The notes under the pieces were generated by a model. That model was not told where the DNA came from, ran no database searches, and saw only the letters and a list, made by a program, of their open reading frames with translations. From Candidatus Limnocylindrales bacterium (GTDB lineage: Bacteria > Chloroflexota > Limnocylindria > Limnocylindrales > CSP1-4): 64,000 nt of DNA. Where the stretch lies: NCBI GenBank assembly GCA_038325875.1, contig JBBQJL010000007.1:50-64049 (forward strand), read 5' to 3'. Positions 44,871-54,265 of this stretch are shown piece after piece. Both the position numbers and the translations under genes were made by a program. The number at the start of each line of letters is the position of its first letter. The stretch's first letter is position 1.

Positions 44871-46669
44871 CCGGCGGCACCGGCTGCGAGTGAGCGAGCC
44901 GCTTCCCCGGCGGCAGCGAGCTCGACGGCCGACCGCGCGCCAGCCAGCTCGGCGGCGTGGCCGGCCGGCGCGACGTCGCGGATCTCGAGCTGGATCGACT
45001 CGTAGCCGCCGAACGTGCGGGTGACGATCCGGGCGACCACGTCCAGCCGGTCGCCTTCGCGGATGTCGGTCGCCAGGTCCCCCCGACCGAAGGCGATCGC
45101 ATCGACGACGTCGAGTCGCTTGCGCAGGGTCAGCTGGGCGTGGCCGCCATTGGCGGCGCGGACACGGGTCACGGTCAGGCCCTCGACGGCGACGAGCGGA
45201 TCGGGGTTTCCGGGGCCGGTCGGATCGAGCCGACGCAACTCACGAAGGAACGGGTAGTCGACCTCCGAGCCGGGCACGACTAGGTCCACCTTGAGCTCGG
45301 GGCGCGGATCCGACGGAGGCGGCGCCGCATTCGTGACGATGACCAGGAACCGAGTCCGGAACGCATCCCAATGCTCGGACGCGAGCTCGAACCCGGCCGC
45401 GCCCGGGTGGCCACCGTGACGGATGAACAGATCGGCGCATTGCTCGAGGGCCGCGCCGAGGTCGACGCCGCCGGCGCTCCGGCACGACGCCCGGATGACA
45501 CCGTCGATGTCCGTCCCGACGACCGCCGGACGGCCGCGCTCCTCGGCCAGCCGGCCGGCCACCAGCCCGATGACGCCGACCGGCCAGTCGCCCCGGACCA
45601 CCGTCGCGGCGGGATCTCCGGGGTCGGCGGCGAGGACGGCCTGCGCCTCGGCCATGGCCGACTTGGTCAGGTCACGACGGACCAGGTTGGCTGCCTGGAG
45701 TCGGCCGGCCAGCTCGGTCGCCTCGGCCGGATCGTCGGTCAGCAGCAGGCGCGCCGCCTCGAGCGCATCGCCCACCCGGCCGGCCGCGTTGATCCGGGGT
45801 GCGATCACGAAGGCCACCGTCTCCAGGTCGACCGTTGCGGCGCCCGTGTTCGCCGCAGCCAGCAGCGCCGCGATCCCCGGCAGCGGGGCGCTCCGGAGCC
45901 GGTCGAGGCCGATCTTGGCGATCGCCCGGTTCTCGCCGACGATCGGGGCGACGTCGGCGACGGTGCCGATCGTCGCCAGCGCGGCCAGGTCGTCCAGGAA
46001 CGACGGCTCGACCGGCACCGGCAGGTCGGCCAGGATGAGCTGGGCGACCTTGAACGCAACGCCGCTGCCCGCCAGGCGCGGGTCCGGATAGCGCGAATCA
46101 GCCCGGTGCGCGTTGACCAGGGCGACGGTCGCGGGCAGCTCGGGCAGCAGCCGGTGATGGTCGGTCACGATGACGTCGATCCCCCGCCGGCCGGCCTCGG
46201 CGATCTCGGCGACGCTGGTCGAGCCCGTGTCGACCGTGATGATCAGGGTCCGTCCGGCCGACTCGGCCGTGTCGACCGCGCGCAGGCTGAGGCCGTGGCC
46301 CTCGTCGAGACGGCTCGGCACGTACGGCTCGACGTCCAGGCCGAAGGCGCGCAGCGCGCGGACCATGATCGCCAGCCCGGTCAGTCCGTCGGCATCGAAG
46401 TCGCCGAAGGCGAGGACCCGCTCACCGGCCGAGCGCGCTCGCTCCAGCCGCGCGACGAGGAGCTCGGCATCGGGCAGCAGGCGCGGGTCGTGGAGGCCCT
46501 CGCCGGTCGGGGCAAGGAACGCCGCCAGGTCCGTCCGGCCGAGCACCCCGCGCGTCTCCAGGAGCGCGATCAACCGCGCCGACAGCCATGCCTCGAGGGT
46601 CGCCGCGATCGACTCGTCGGTCGGTCGAGCCGGCTGCGGGAGGTTCCAACGGAAGCGGGGCTCGATCAC
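44867..46669 (-). CDS. recJ: Single-stranded-DNA-specific exonuclease RecJ
   Basis: DHH motifs (GDFDADG, VTDHH) and DHHA1 (GGHPGAAG). GTG start at 46669. Confidence 0.92.
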   Translation of the reverse strand: MIEPRFRWNLPQPARPTDESIAATLEAWLSARLIALLETRGVLGRTDLAAFLAPTGEGLHDPRLLPDAELLVARLERARSAGERVLAFGDFDADGLTGLAIMVRALRAFGLDVEPYVPSRLDEGHGLSLRAVDTAESAGRTLIITVDTGSTSVAEIAEAGRRGIDVIVTDHHRLLPELPATVALVNAHRADSRYPDPRLAGSGVAFKVAQLILADLPVPVEPSFLDDLAALATIGTVADVAPIVGENRAIAKIGLDRLRSAPLPGIAALLAAANTGAATVDLETVAFVIAPRINAAGRVGDALEAARLLLTDDPAEATELAGRLQAANLVRRDLTKSAMAEAQAVLAADPGDPAATVVRGDWPVGVIGLVAGRLAEERGRPAVVGTDIDGVIRASCRSAGGVDLGAALEQCADLFIRHGGHPGAAGFELASEHWDAFRTRFLVIVTNAAPPPSDPRPELKVDLVVPGSEVDYPFLRELRRLDPTGPGNPDPLVAVEGLTVTRVRAANGGHAQLTLRKRLDVVDAIAFGRGDLATDIREGDRLDVVARIVTRTFGGYESIQLEIRDVAPAGHAAELAGARSAVELAAAGEAARSLAAGAAG

Positions 46670-46720
46670 GACGTCAGGATGCCACGGCCCGCTGCACCGA
46701 GCCTTACCCGCACGCCGAGG

Positions 46721-48001
46721 TCAGGACGCGGAGCGGCGCGCCGGTCGGCCGGTCGCGGCGACGCGCCCCCGCCGCCGGTCGTCCCAGTTGTGCCAGACGA
46801 CGAGGAGCGGCGACGCATTGAAGATCGACGAGTACGTCCCGGACACGATCCCGATCAGCAGGGCCAGCACGAAGTAGGACGTCGCGGCGCCGCCGAACAG
46901 GAGCAATGCGGTCAGGGTGATGACGACCGTCAGGCTGGTGTTGATCGAGCGTCCGAAGGTCTGCAGGACCGAGTGGTTGACGATCCGGTCGAACGGCTCG
47001 CCGATGTGCCGTGCCCGGTTCTCCCGAACGCGGTCGAACACCACGATCGTGTCGTGAACGCTGAAGCCGATCACGGTCAGGACCGCGGTCACGAACAGGG
47101 CGTCGATCTGGACCCGGAAGAACGTGCCCAGGATGGCGAACGTGCCGACCAGCACGAGCACGTCGTGGACGAGCGCGACCAGGGCGGTCGCCCCGAACCG
47201 GAAGTCGCGGAACCGGATCGTCATCCAGATCAGGATGCCGATCGAGCCGAGGACGATGAGCAGGGCGGCCTGCTGGGTCAGCTCCGCGCTGATGACCGGA
47301 CCGACGGTCGACAGGGTCCGCTGCGCGGCGATCGGTCCAAGCTCCTTCTGCAGACCGGTGGCGATCTCGCCGAACTTGCCGGTCGTCGGCAGCTGCGGCC
47401 CGCTCGTACCGCCAGTGCCGATCGCCGGCGAGGCCGACGGTCCGGCCGAGGCGGACGGCGCAGGGCTGCCGGCAGCCGACGGGGCCGGGCTAGCCGATGC
47501 GCTCGGCGCCGCGGACGCGCTGGCCCCGGGCGAGGAGCTCGGGCCCGGTGAGGCGCTGAGACCGCCGGGGATCTTCGCGCCGGGCGAGGCACTCGCGCCG
47601 GGCGAGGCACTCGCGCCAGCCGACGCACTGGCACCGGCCGAGGCCGAGGCACTCGCGCCGGGCGATGCCGCAGCGCTGGGAGCGATCGACGGGGACGGGC
47701 TCGCGGCGGGCGGCGGCAAGGCCACCTGGCGGGAGCGGATCTCGTAGAAGCCGCCGCTCGTGGCGATGACCGTCGCGTCGGTCACCCCCTGGTTCGCCAG
47801 CGCGGTCTTGATCCGGTCGCCATCGACCGTCGCATCCTCGAACCGGATCTCCCAGTTCGTCCCGCCGGTGTAGTCGATCGAGAACTGGAGGCCCGCCGCA
47901 CCGTTGGTGATCGGTCCGAGGAGGATGAAGATGAGGCCTGGGATCGTGGCGATCGCCGAGATCAGGAAGAACCAGCGGCGCTTGCCGATGACGTCAAACA
48001 C
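46721..48001 (-). CDS. secF: Protein translocase subunit SecF (with ~110-aa Ala/Ser/Pro-rich insertion)
   Basis: The SecF N-terminus is FDVIGKRRWFFLISAI...IDYTGGT, and the C-terminal six-TM bundle has TIVVFDRVREN. The insertion spans aa 94-203. Confidence 0.9.
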   Translation of the reverse strand: MFDVIGKRRWFFLISAIATIPGLIFILLGPITNGAAGLQFSIDYTGGTNWEIRFEDATVDGDRIKTALANQGVTDATVIATSGGFYEIRSRQVALPPPAASPSPSIAPSAAASPGASASASAGASASAGASASPGASASPGAKIPGGLSASPGPSSSPGASASAAPSASASPAPSAAGSPAPSASAGPSASPAIGTGGTSGPQLPTTGKFGEIATGLQKELGPIAAQRTLSTVGPVISAELTQQAALLIVLGSIGILIWMTIRFRDFRFGATALVALVHDVLVLVGTFAILGTFFRVQIDALFVTAVLTVIGFSVHDTIVVFDRVRENRARHIGEPFDRIVNHSVLQTFGRSINTSLTVVITLTALLLFGGAATSYFVLALLIGIVSGTYSSIFNASPLLVVWHNWDDRRRGRVAATGRPARRSAS

Positions 48002-49385
48002 GGGCGCTCACCGGTCGCGGTCCACGGCCCGGCGTCTTGGCCAGGAAGTCGTCGTCACTGACGCCCCACAGGCTGGCCTTGCGCGCGAACTCCCGCCGGA
48101 CGACGACCCGCAGGATCGTCCGGGTCACGGTCACCGCGGTGAACATCGAGGTGAGCACACCGATGATCAGGACCAGGGCGAAGCCCTTGATCGTGGGCGA
48201 GCCGAAGGCGTACAGGATGCTGGCCGTGATCAGGCTCGACACGTTCGAGTCGAGGATCGAGTTCCAGGCCCGGGAGAAGCCGGCCTCGACCGCCGAGTTC
48301 AGGGTCTTGCCCAGCCGGAGCTCTTCCTTGGTCCGCTCGAAGATGAGGATGTTGGCGTCGACCGCCATGCCGACCGACAGGACGAAGCCGGCGATGCCGG
48401 CCAGGGTCACCGTGACCGGGATCAGCCGGAAGATGGCCAGCACCACCAGCGCGTAGTAGATCAGGGCCAGGTCGGCCACCAGGCCGGGCAGCCGGTAGTA
48501 GACGAGCATGAACAGGAACACCAGGCCGATCCCGATCCCACCGGCGATCAGGCTCGCGCGCAGGAACTCTGCGCCGAGGGTCGCGCTGATCTGGGAGTCC
48601 TGGACCGCGGCGATGGGGAACGGCAGCGAACCGTACTTCAGGACGGTGACCAGGCTGTTCATCTGGACGACGGCATCCTTGCCCGTCCCCATCGTGATCT
48701 GACCGGATCCCTGGGTGATCGGTTCGCGGATGCTCGGCGCCGAGATGACCTTGTTGTCGAGCACGATCGCGAAGAACTCGCCGACGTGCGCCTTGGTGTA
48801 CTCGGCGAACAGCTTGGAGGCGTAATCGTCCAAGCTGAACTGGACGACCGGCCCGCCGGACGTCTGGTCCGTCCCGGGGGCCGCCTGGGTCAAGTGCTCG
48901 CCCGTGAACAGCGGCACGAGGTTGGGATCCGCCGGCAACTCCTGCCCGTCGACGACGCCGTTCGGTCCGCCCGTCGACGAGGTGCCGTACCGGTCGCCCG
49001 GCAGCGGCACGAACGTCAGCTGCCCGGTCTGGCCGACCAGCCGTTCGATCGCCTCCCGGTCGGTGGCGCCGGGCAGCTCGACCACGACCCGGTCGGTGCC
49101 CTGGACGACGACGATCGGCTCGGACACCCCGGTCGAGTTCACCCGCCGCTCGATGATGTCGCGGATCGTGGCCATGGCGCCGGCATCCGGAGTCTTGTCA
49201 CCGACAGGTTTGGCCTGGTATTCGACCCGCAGACCGCCCTGCAGGTCGAGCCCGAGCTTGGTCTCGACGAGACGGGAACCGCCGGACAGATCGCCGAGAG
49301 GCGGCAGCTTGAGGCCGGGCCAGAAGTTGATGATGAGCGCGAGCAGGCCGATGACGATGATCAGGAGGGGGACGAAGCGACGCAT
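47994..49385 (-). CDS. secD: Protein translocase subunit SecD
   Basis: LGLDLQGG, the periplasmic P1 head, and the C-terminal TM bundle (AGIAGFVLSVGMAVDANILIFER). Confidence 0.93.
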   Translation of the reverse strand: MRRFVPLLIIVIGLLALIINFWPGLKLPPLGDLSGGSRLVETKLGLDLQGGLRVEYQAKPVGDKTPDAGAMATIRDIIERRVNSTGVSEPIVVVQGTDRVVVELPGATDREAIERLVGQTGQLTFVPLPGDRYGTSSTGGPNGVVDGQELPADPNLVPLFTGEHLTQAAPGTDQTSGGPVVQFSLDDYASKLFAEYTKAHVGEFFAIVLDNKVISAPSIREPITQGSGQITMGTGKDAVVQMNSLVTVLKYGSLPFPIAAVQDSQISATLGAEFLRASLIAGGIGIGLVFLFMLVYYRLPGLVADLALIYYALVVLAIFRLIPVTVTLAGIAGFVLSVGMAVDANILIFERTKEELRLGKTLNSAVEAGFSRAWNSILDSNVSSLITASILYAFGSPTIKGFALVLIIGVLTSMFTAVTVTRTILRVVVRREFARKASLWGVSDDDFLAKTPGRGPRPVSARV

Positions 49386-49444
49386 CGCGGCGGACTATAC
49401 CAGCGTCGAGGCGGGCGGGCCCGAAGGGGACCCTTACGGCCCGA

Positions 49445-51301
49445 TCAGGCCTCCATCGTCGCCTTGATCCGGGCCGCCAGGGCCGGTCCGATGCCGGGTA
49501 CGGCGGCGATCTGTTCGACCGGCGCCTCGCGCACGCGCTTGGCCGAGCCGAACACCCGGAGGAGCGCCCGCCGGCGCTTCGGGCCGACCCCCGGCAGGTC
49601 GTCGAAGGCCGACCGGACGGACGCCTTGGCCCGCAGGTCGCGGTGGTAGGTGATGGCGAAGCGGTGCGCCTCGTCGCGCAGGCGCTGGACGAGGTAGAGC
49701 GCCTGCGATGTCGTCGGCAGCAGGATCGGCTCCGTCCGGCCGGGCAGGAACAGCTCCTCGCGCTCCTTGGCCAGTCCGGCCAGCGGCAGGTCGTCGAGGC
49801 CCATCTCGGCCAGGACCTCGGCCGCGGCGCTGACCTGGCCCTTGCCCCCGTCGACGATGACCAGGTCGGGCAGCCGCCAGCGGAGCTCTTCCTCGGCGCC
49901 CTCGTCACCGGCCTTGGCCCGTCGGAACCGACGGCGGAGGACCTCCTGGTGGCTGGCGAAGTCGTTGGAGCCCTGGACGCCCTTGATCCGGAAGCGTCGG
50001 TAGTCGCCGGTCCGCGGCTTGCCGTCCTCGAACACGACCATGCTGGCCACCGACTGGTCGCCCTGGAAGTTGCTGATGTCGTAGCCCTCGATGCGGAGCG
50101 GCGGATCGGCCAGTCCGAGGGCGTCGGCCAGCTCGCGCAGCGCCCCGAGGGTCTTGCCTTGGTCGGCCAGCCAGCGGGCCTGCTCGCGGGCCAGCGCCTC
50201 GGTCGCGTTGCGCACGGCCAGGGTCATCAGGGCGCGCTTCTCCCCGCGCTGCGGGACGCGCAGGTGGACGGGACCGCTGCGTCTCTCGGCGAGGAACGCC
50301 TCGAGCACCTCCGTGTCGTCGCGGCCGGGCAGGCTCGGGACCAGGACGAGGACCGGGATCGACGTCGCCCGGCTGTAGTACTGCTCGAGGAAGCCGCCGA
50401 GGACCTCGTCATCGGGCGCCTCGTGGGCGGCATCGAGCATGAACACGTCCCGCCCGATCATCTTGCCGTCGCGGATGACGAACAGCTGGACGGCCGCCTG
50501 GTTGTCCTGGCGGGCCAGCCCGATGAGGTCCAGCTCGGTCCGGGCGAAGGCGGCCATCTTCTGGCTCTCCATCGTCCGCTCGATCGCCCGGATCTTGTCG
50601 CGCAGGACGCCCGCCCGCTCGTACTCGGTCCGCTCGGCGGCGACGGCCATCTCCCCCTCGAGCGCCTTGACCAGCGTCTCCTGGCGACCTTCGAGGAACA
50701 GCTCGACCTGCTCGATGTCGGCGCGGTAGGCGTCCTTCGAGATCGCCTCGATGCACGGACCCTGGCAGCGCTTGATGTGATAGAGCAGGCAGGGTCGCTG
50801 GAGTGCCCGCTTGCCGTCCTTGATGTCGATCGTGCAGGTCCGGAACGGGAACAGCCGGCGGATCAGGTTCATCGACTCATCGACGCTGGTCGCCGAGGCA
50901 TACGGGCCGAAGTAGCGGCTGCCGTCGTTGGGCAGCTTGCGGGTCCGCTCGATCCGCGGGAAGTCGTCGCCCAGGGTGATCTTGATGAACGGGTAGCTCT
51001 TGTCGTCCTTGAGCCGGATGTTGAAGCGCGGCGCGTAGCGCTTGATCAGGTTGGCCTCGAGCAGGAGCGCCTCGGAGACCGAGTCGGTCATCGTGTACTC
51101 GAGGTCGACGACCTTGTCGATGACGCTCCGGATCCGATGGACCTCGCCGCCGACGGCCTGCTTCTGCCAGTAGCTCCGGACCCGGCTGCGCAGGCTCTGG
51201 GCCTTGCCGACGTAGACGACCACGCCCCGGGCGTCCTTCATCAGGTACACGCCGGGTCGGTCGGGCAGCTTCTTGAGGGTCGCGGCGAGCTCGGGGGTCA
51301 C
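49445..51301 (-). CDS. uvrC: Excinuclease ABC subunit C
   Basis: GIY-YIG N-terminus (GVYLMKDARGVVVYVGKA), UVR domain, endonuclease V-like domain and a C-terminal (HhH)2. Confidence 0.95.
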   Translation of the reverse strand: MTPELAATLKKLPDRPGVYLMKDARGVVVYVGKAQSLRSRVRSYWQKQAVGGEVHRIRSVIDKVVDLEYTMTDSVSEALLLEANLIKRYAPRFNIRLKDDKSYPFIKITLGDDFPRIERTRKLPNDGSRYFGPYASATSVDESMNLIRRLFPFRTCTIDIKDGKRALQRPCLLYHIKRCQGPCIEAISKDAYRADIEQVELFLEGRQETLVKALEGEMAVAAERTEYERAGVLRDKIRAIERTMESQKMAAFARTELDLIGLARQDNQAAVQLFVIRDGKMIGRDVFMLDAAHEAPDDEVLGGFLEQYYSRATSIPVLVLVPSLPGRDDTEVLEAFLAERRSGPVHLRVPQRGEKRALMTLAVRNATEALAREQARWLADQGKTLGALRELADALGLADPPLRIEGYDISNFQGDQSVASMVVFEDGKPRTGDYRRFRIKGVQGSNDFASHQEVLRRRFRRAKAGDEGAEEELRWRLPDLVIVDGGKGQVSAAAEVLAEMGLDDLPLAGLAKEREELFLPGRTEPILLPTTSQALYLVQRLRDEAHRFAITYHRDLRAKASVRSAFDDLPGVGPKRRRALLRVFGSAKRVREAPVEQIAAVPGIGPALAARIKATMEA

Positions 51302-51320
51302 GCGGCGATGCTACCGCGGG

Positions 51321-52115
51321 TCAGGGCGAAGGCGATGCCGAGGGGGTCACACGTTCGAGCTGGAACGGCAGCGAGCCGTACTTGAGGATGTCCACGAGCT
51401 CGTTCATCCGGGCGACCGCGTCAGGGTCGCCGCCCATCGCGATCTGGCCGGACCCTCCGTTGATCACCTCCCGGATGCTCGGCGTCGCGATGACCTTGTC
51501 GTCGACGACGATGGCAAAGTAGTCGCCGACGTGATCGCGGGTGTACTCGGCGAACAGCCTGGCCGCGGAGTCGTCGAGGGTGAAGGCCACCACCGGCCCG
51601 GAGGTCGTCTGATCGCTCCCCGGGTTGGCGCTGATCAGGTGATCGCCGGTGAACAGGGGCTTGAGCGCGGGGTCCTTCGGCAGCGGTTGGCCATCGACCA
51701 CGCCCGTCGGGCCGCCGTGCGTCGCGTCGCCGTACGTCGCCGCCGGGAGCGGTACGAACGCCAGGATGCCGCGGCGGAGGATCAGCGGTTCGACCATCGT
51801 CGGATCGATGCCGGCCGGGAGATCGACCACGATCCGGTCCACGCCATCGACACCGACGATCGGATCGACGATCCCGGTGGCATTCAGGCGCTGCTGGAGG
51901 ATGCCCCGGACCATGTCCATGCCGGCGACATCGGGGGCGGTCGATCCCGATGGCAGGACCTTGAACGTCGTCCGAACCAGCGAAACGACCGTCGGCGCCG
52001 GGTTCCCGACGGGCGACAGGATCGGCGAGACGGCCGAGCAGGCTGCGGCGAGCGTGACGAGGGCGGCCAACGCCCCGACCAGCCGGGCTCGTCCCGCGAT
52101 ACGCGCGCTCGACAT
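51321..52115 (-). CDS. Lipoprotein consisting of a stand-alone SecD-P1 (periplasmic head)-like domain
   Basis: Lipobox LAAAC. Residues about 120-255 align by eye at roughly 60% identity with SecD from this window (e.g. GPVVAFTLDDSAARLFAEYTRDHVGDYFAIVVDDKVIATPSIRE vs GPVVQFSLDDYASKLFAEYTKAHVGEFFAIVLDNKVISAPSIRE). No TM bundle. Confidence 0.8.
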   Translation of the reverse strand: MSSARIAGRARLVGALAALVTLAAACSAVSPILSPVGNPAPTVVSLVRTTFKVLPSGSTAPDVAGMDMVRGILQQRLNATGIVDPIVGVDGVDRIVVDLPAGIDPTMVEPLILRRGILAFVPLPAATYGDATHGGPTGVVDGQPLPKDPALKPLFTGDHLISANPGSDQTTSGPVVAFTLDDSAARLFAEYTRDHVGDYFAIVVDDKVIATPSIREVINGGSGQIAMGGDPDAVARMNELVDILKYGSLPFQLERVTPSASPSP

Positions 52116-52193
52116 GGCAGAAGCCTAGCAGCGACGAGGCGCGGCCACGGCCGATGATCGGCGGCGAAGAGCCGCCGGCCACCATCGCGCTCG

Positions 52194-53873
52194 ATGGATC
52201 TCCACCCCGACGTCCAGGCTCGACTGGACCGCCTCACGCCCGATCAGCGCGCAGCGGCGACCGCGCCACCCGGTCCCGTCCTGTGCCTGGCGCCCGCCGG
52301 AAGCGGCAAGACGACGACGCTGGTGGCCCGGATCGCCTGGCTGGTCGCGACCGGGACCCCGGCCGAACGGATCGCCGCGATCGCCTTCAACAAGCGGGCC
52401 GCGGACGAGCTGGACGAGCGGGTCGGTGCGGCGCTGCTGACCCTGGGCGTTCCGGCCGGGGCGGTCCGTGTCCGCACGTTCCACGCGTTCGGGCGGGAGA
52501 TCCTGCGAGCCGCCGGGCACTCGGTCGAGCCTCTGGTCGAGCGGGACGCCGTCATCCGCTCCGTCCTGCCCGACGCGGACCCGGCCGAGCGGCGCCGGCT
52601 CGACACGGCCTTCTCCACGCTCAAGCTTGAGCATCGGGCCGACCCCGCTGCCATCGACGCCGACCCGGAGGCCGGCCCGCGCGCGCGAGCGTTCGTGGCC
52701 TATGAAGCGGCCGTCCAGGCCACCGGCGGACTCGACTTCGACGACCTGGTGGCGCGCGCCCTGACCCTCCTCGAGACCGACCCCTCCCTGCTTGCCGGCT
52801 GGCGGAGCGCCTGCACGGAACTCCTCGTCGACGAGGTCCAGGACGTCGACCGGTCGCAACTCGAGCTGGCCCTGCTCATCGCCGCACCGACGAACCGGAT
52901 CTTCCTGGTCGGCGACGACGACCAGTCCATCTACGGCTGGCGACTGGCCGACGTACGGCGAGTGCTCGCCCTGGCGACCCAGCTGCCGGGACTGAGCCGC
53001 CACGACCTGATCACCAACTTCCGCTGCCCGGCTCCGGTCGTCGAGCGCGCCGTCCGCCTGATCGAGCACAACACGGAACGGTTCGCCAAGACCATCGTCG
53101 CCCGAACGGGAGCGACGGGTCGGCTCATCCTGGCGCCAGACGCCTCCGACGATGACGAGCGCATTCGGCACGTGATCGCCAGCTGGGCCGCCGTCGGCGC
53201 GGACGCGGATGACTCGACCCGGGCGATCTTGGCCAGGACGAACCGGGAGCTCCTCCCGGCCGCTGCCGTCGCGCTCGAGCTCGAGATCCCGTTCCGGGCC
53301 GAGCGACTGACCCTGCCACTGGAGGACCCGCGCCTCGACGGGATCCTGGCGCATGTGTCAGCCGGCGATCCAGCCACGCCCCTGCTGGTCCGGCTCGGGT
53401 CGCTGCGGGACCGCCCCGCGCCAGCCGAGCCGAGACCAGCCCAGCCGACGCCGGCCGAGCCGGCCGCCACGGACGATCCCCTCCCCTTCGACGAGCTGGT
53501 CGGCACGGTCCTCGCCTGGGCCGCCCCATACCGCGACCCACGCACGTTCGTGGACGCCGTTCGTGACCGGCAGGCCGCACTTCGGCGCCTCCGCTCCGAG
53601 GACGCGACCCTCACCCTGGCCACCGCCCACTCGACCAAGGGCCTCGAGTTCGACCACGTCGCGGTCGTCGACATGGACGACGGTCGATTCCCCAGCCAGC
53701 GCACGCTCGACGAAGCAGACGACCCGCTCCGCGCGCTCGAGGAGGAGCGCCGCCTCGCCTACGTCGCCTGGACCCGGGCCCGCCGCTCGCTCACGCTCGT
53801 CTACGACCCGGCCGCACCGTCGCGGTTCCTGCTCGAGGCATTCGATCCCGAGGAAGTGTCCTGGTCGACCTGA
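52194..53873 (+). CDS. UvrD/REP-family (superfamily 1) DNA helicase, short form
   Basis: LAPAGSGKTTT (Walker A), AFNKRAADEL, LLVDEVQDVD, VGDDDQSIYGWR, and a C-terminal TAHSTKGLEFDHV...AYVAWTRAR. Confidence 0.88.
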   Translation: MDLHPDVQARLDRLTPDQRAAATAPPGPVLCLAPAGSGKTTTLVARIAWLVATGTPAERIAAIAFNKRAADELDERVGAALLTLGVPAGAVRVRTFHAFGREILRAAGHSVEPLVERDAVIRSVLPDADPAERRRLDTAFSTLKLEHRADPAAIDADPEAGPRARAFVAYEAAVQATGGLDFDDLVARALTLLETDPSLLAGWRSACTELLVDEVQDVDRSQLELALLIAAPTNRIFLVGDDDQSIYGWRLADVRRVLALATQLPGLSRHDLITNFRCPAPVVERAVRLIEHNTERFAKTIVARTGATGRLILAPDASDDDERIRHVIASWAAVGADADDSTRAILARTNRELLPAAAVALELEIPFRAERLTLPLEDPRLDGILAHVSAGDPATPLLVRLGSLRDRPAPAEPRPAQPTPAEPAATDDPLPFDELVGTVLAWAAPYRDPRTFVDAVRDRQAALRRLRSEDATLTLATAHSTKGLEFDHVAVVDMDDGRFPSQRTLDEADDPLRALEEERRLAYVAWTRARRSLTLVYDPAAPSRFLLEAFDPEEVSWST

Positions 53874-53902
53874 TCGCGACGCCGCGCCAGGCGAGCGCGG
53901 TA

Positions 53903-53931
53903 TTGACAAATTGGGCCTATTCTCCATAGTG
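53903..53931 (+). promoter_or_regulatory. Candidate sigma-70-type promoter of the HTH gene
   Basis: TTGACA (53903-53908), a 16-17 nt spacer, then CATAGT/ATAGTG, in a locally AT-richer stretch 50 nt upstream of the ATG at 53983. Confidence 0.4.
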
Positions 53932-53982
53932 CGCGATACGCATCAGCACCAAGTTGCATGGCACCCAGACGAGACAAGACAG

Positions 53983-54240
53983 ATGGCACTCGCAGACACA
54001 CCCTCAGCTGAGCTACTCGAGCTTCTGCCCAAACCGTTCTACTCTCCGAGCGAAGTCGCCGCGCTCGCGTCCTTGTCGAATTCGACGATCCTCAACTACA
54101 TCCACGAAGGCCGCATTGCGGCAGTGCGACTCTCGGAGAGAACGTATCGAATCCCACGAAAGGCAGTCATCCGACTCCTCGGTCTTCCGGCTGCCGCGCC
54201 GGAAGTGATCGAAGAGCCGTCTCGAATCGTCGAGTTCTAG
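53983..54240 (+). CDS. Excisionase-family / MerR-like helix-turn-helix DNA-binding protein
   Basis: 85 aa; YSPSEVAALASLSNSTILNYIHEGRIAAVRLSERTYRIPRKAVIRLLG fits the HTH_17 (excisionase-type) pattern. Codon usage is atypical and GC is lower than the surroundings. Confidence 0.7.
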   Translation: MALADTPSAELLELLPKPFYSPSEVAALASLSNSTILNYIHEGRIAAVRLSERTYRIPRKAVIRLLGLPAAAPEVIEEPSRIVEF

Positions 54241-54265
54241 GCTCCTCGCGGCTATCGGCAGCGAG

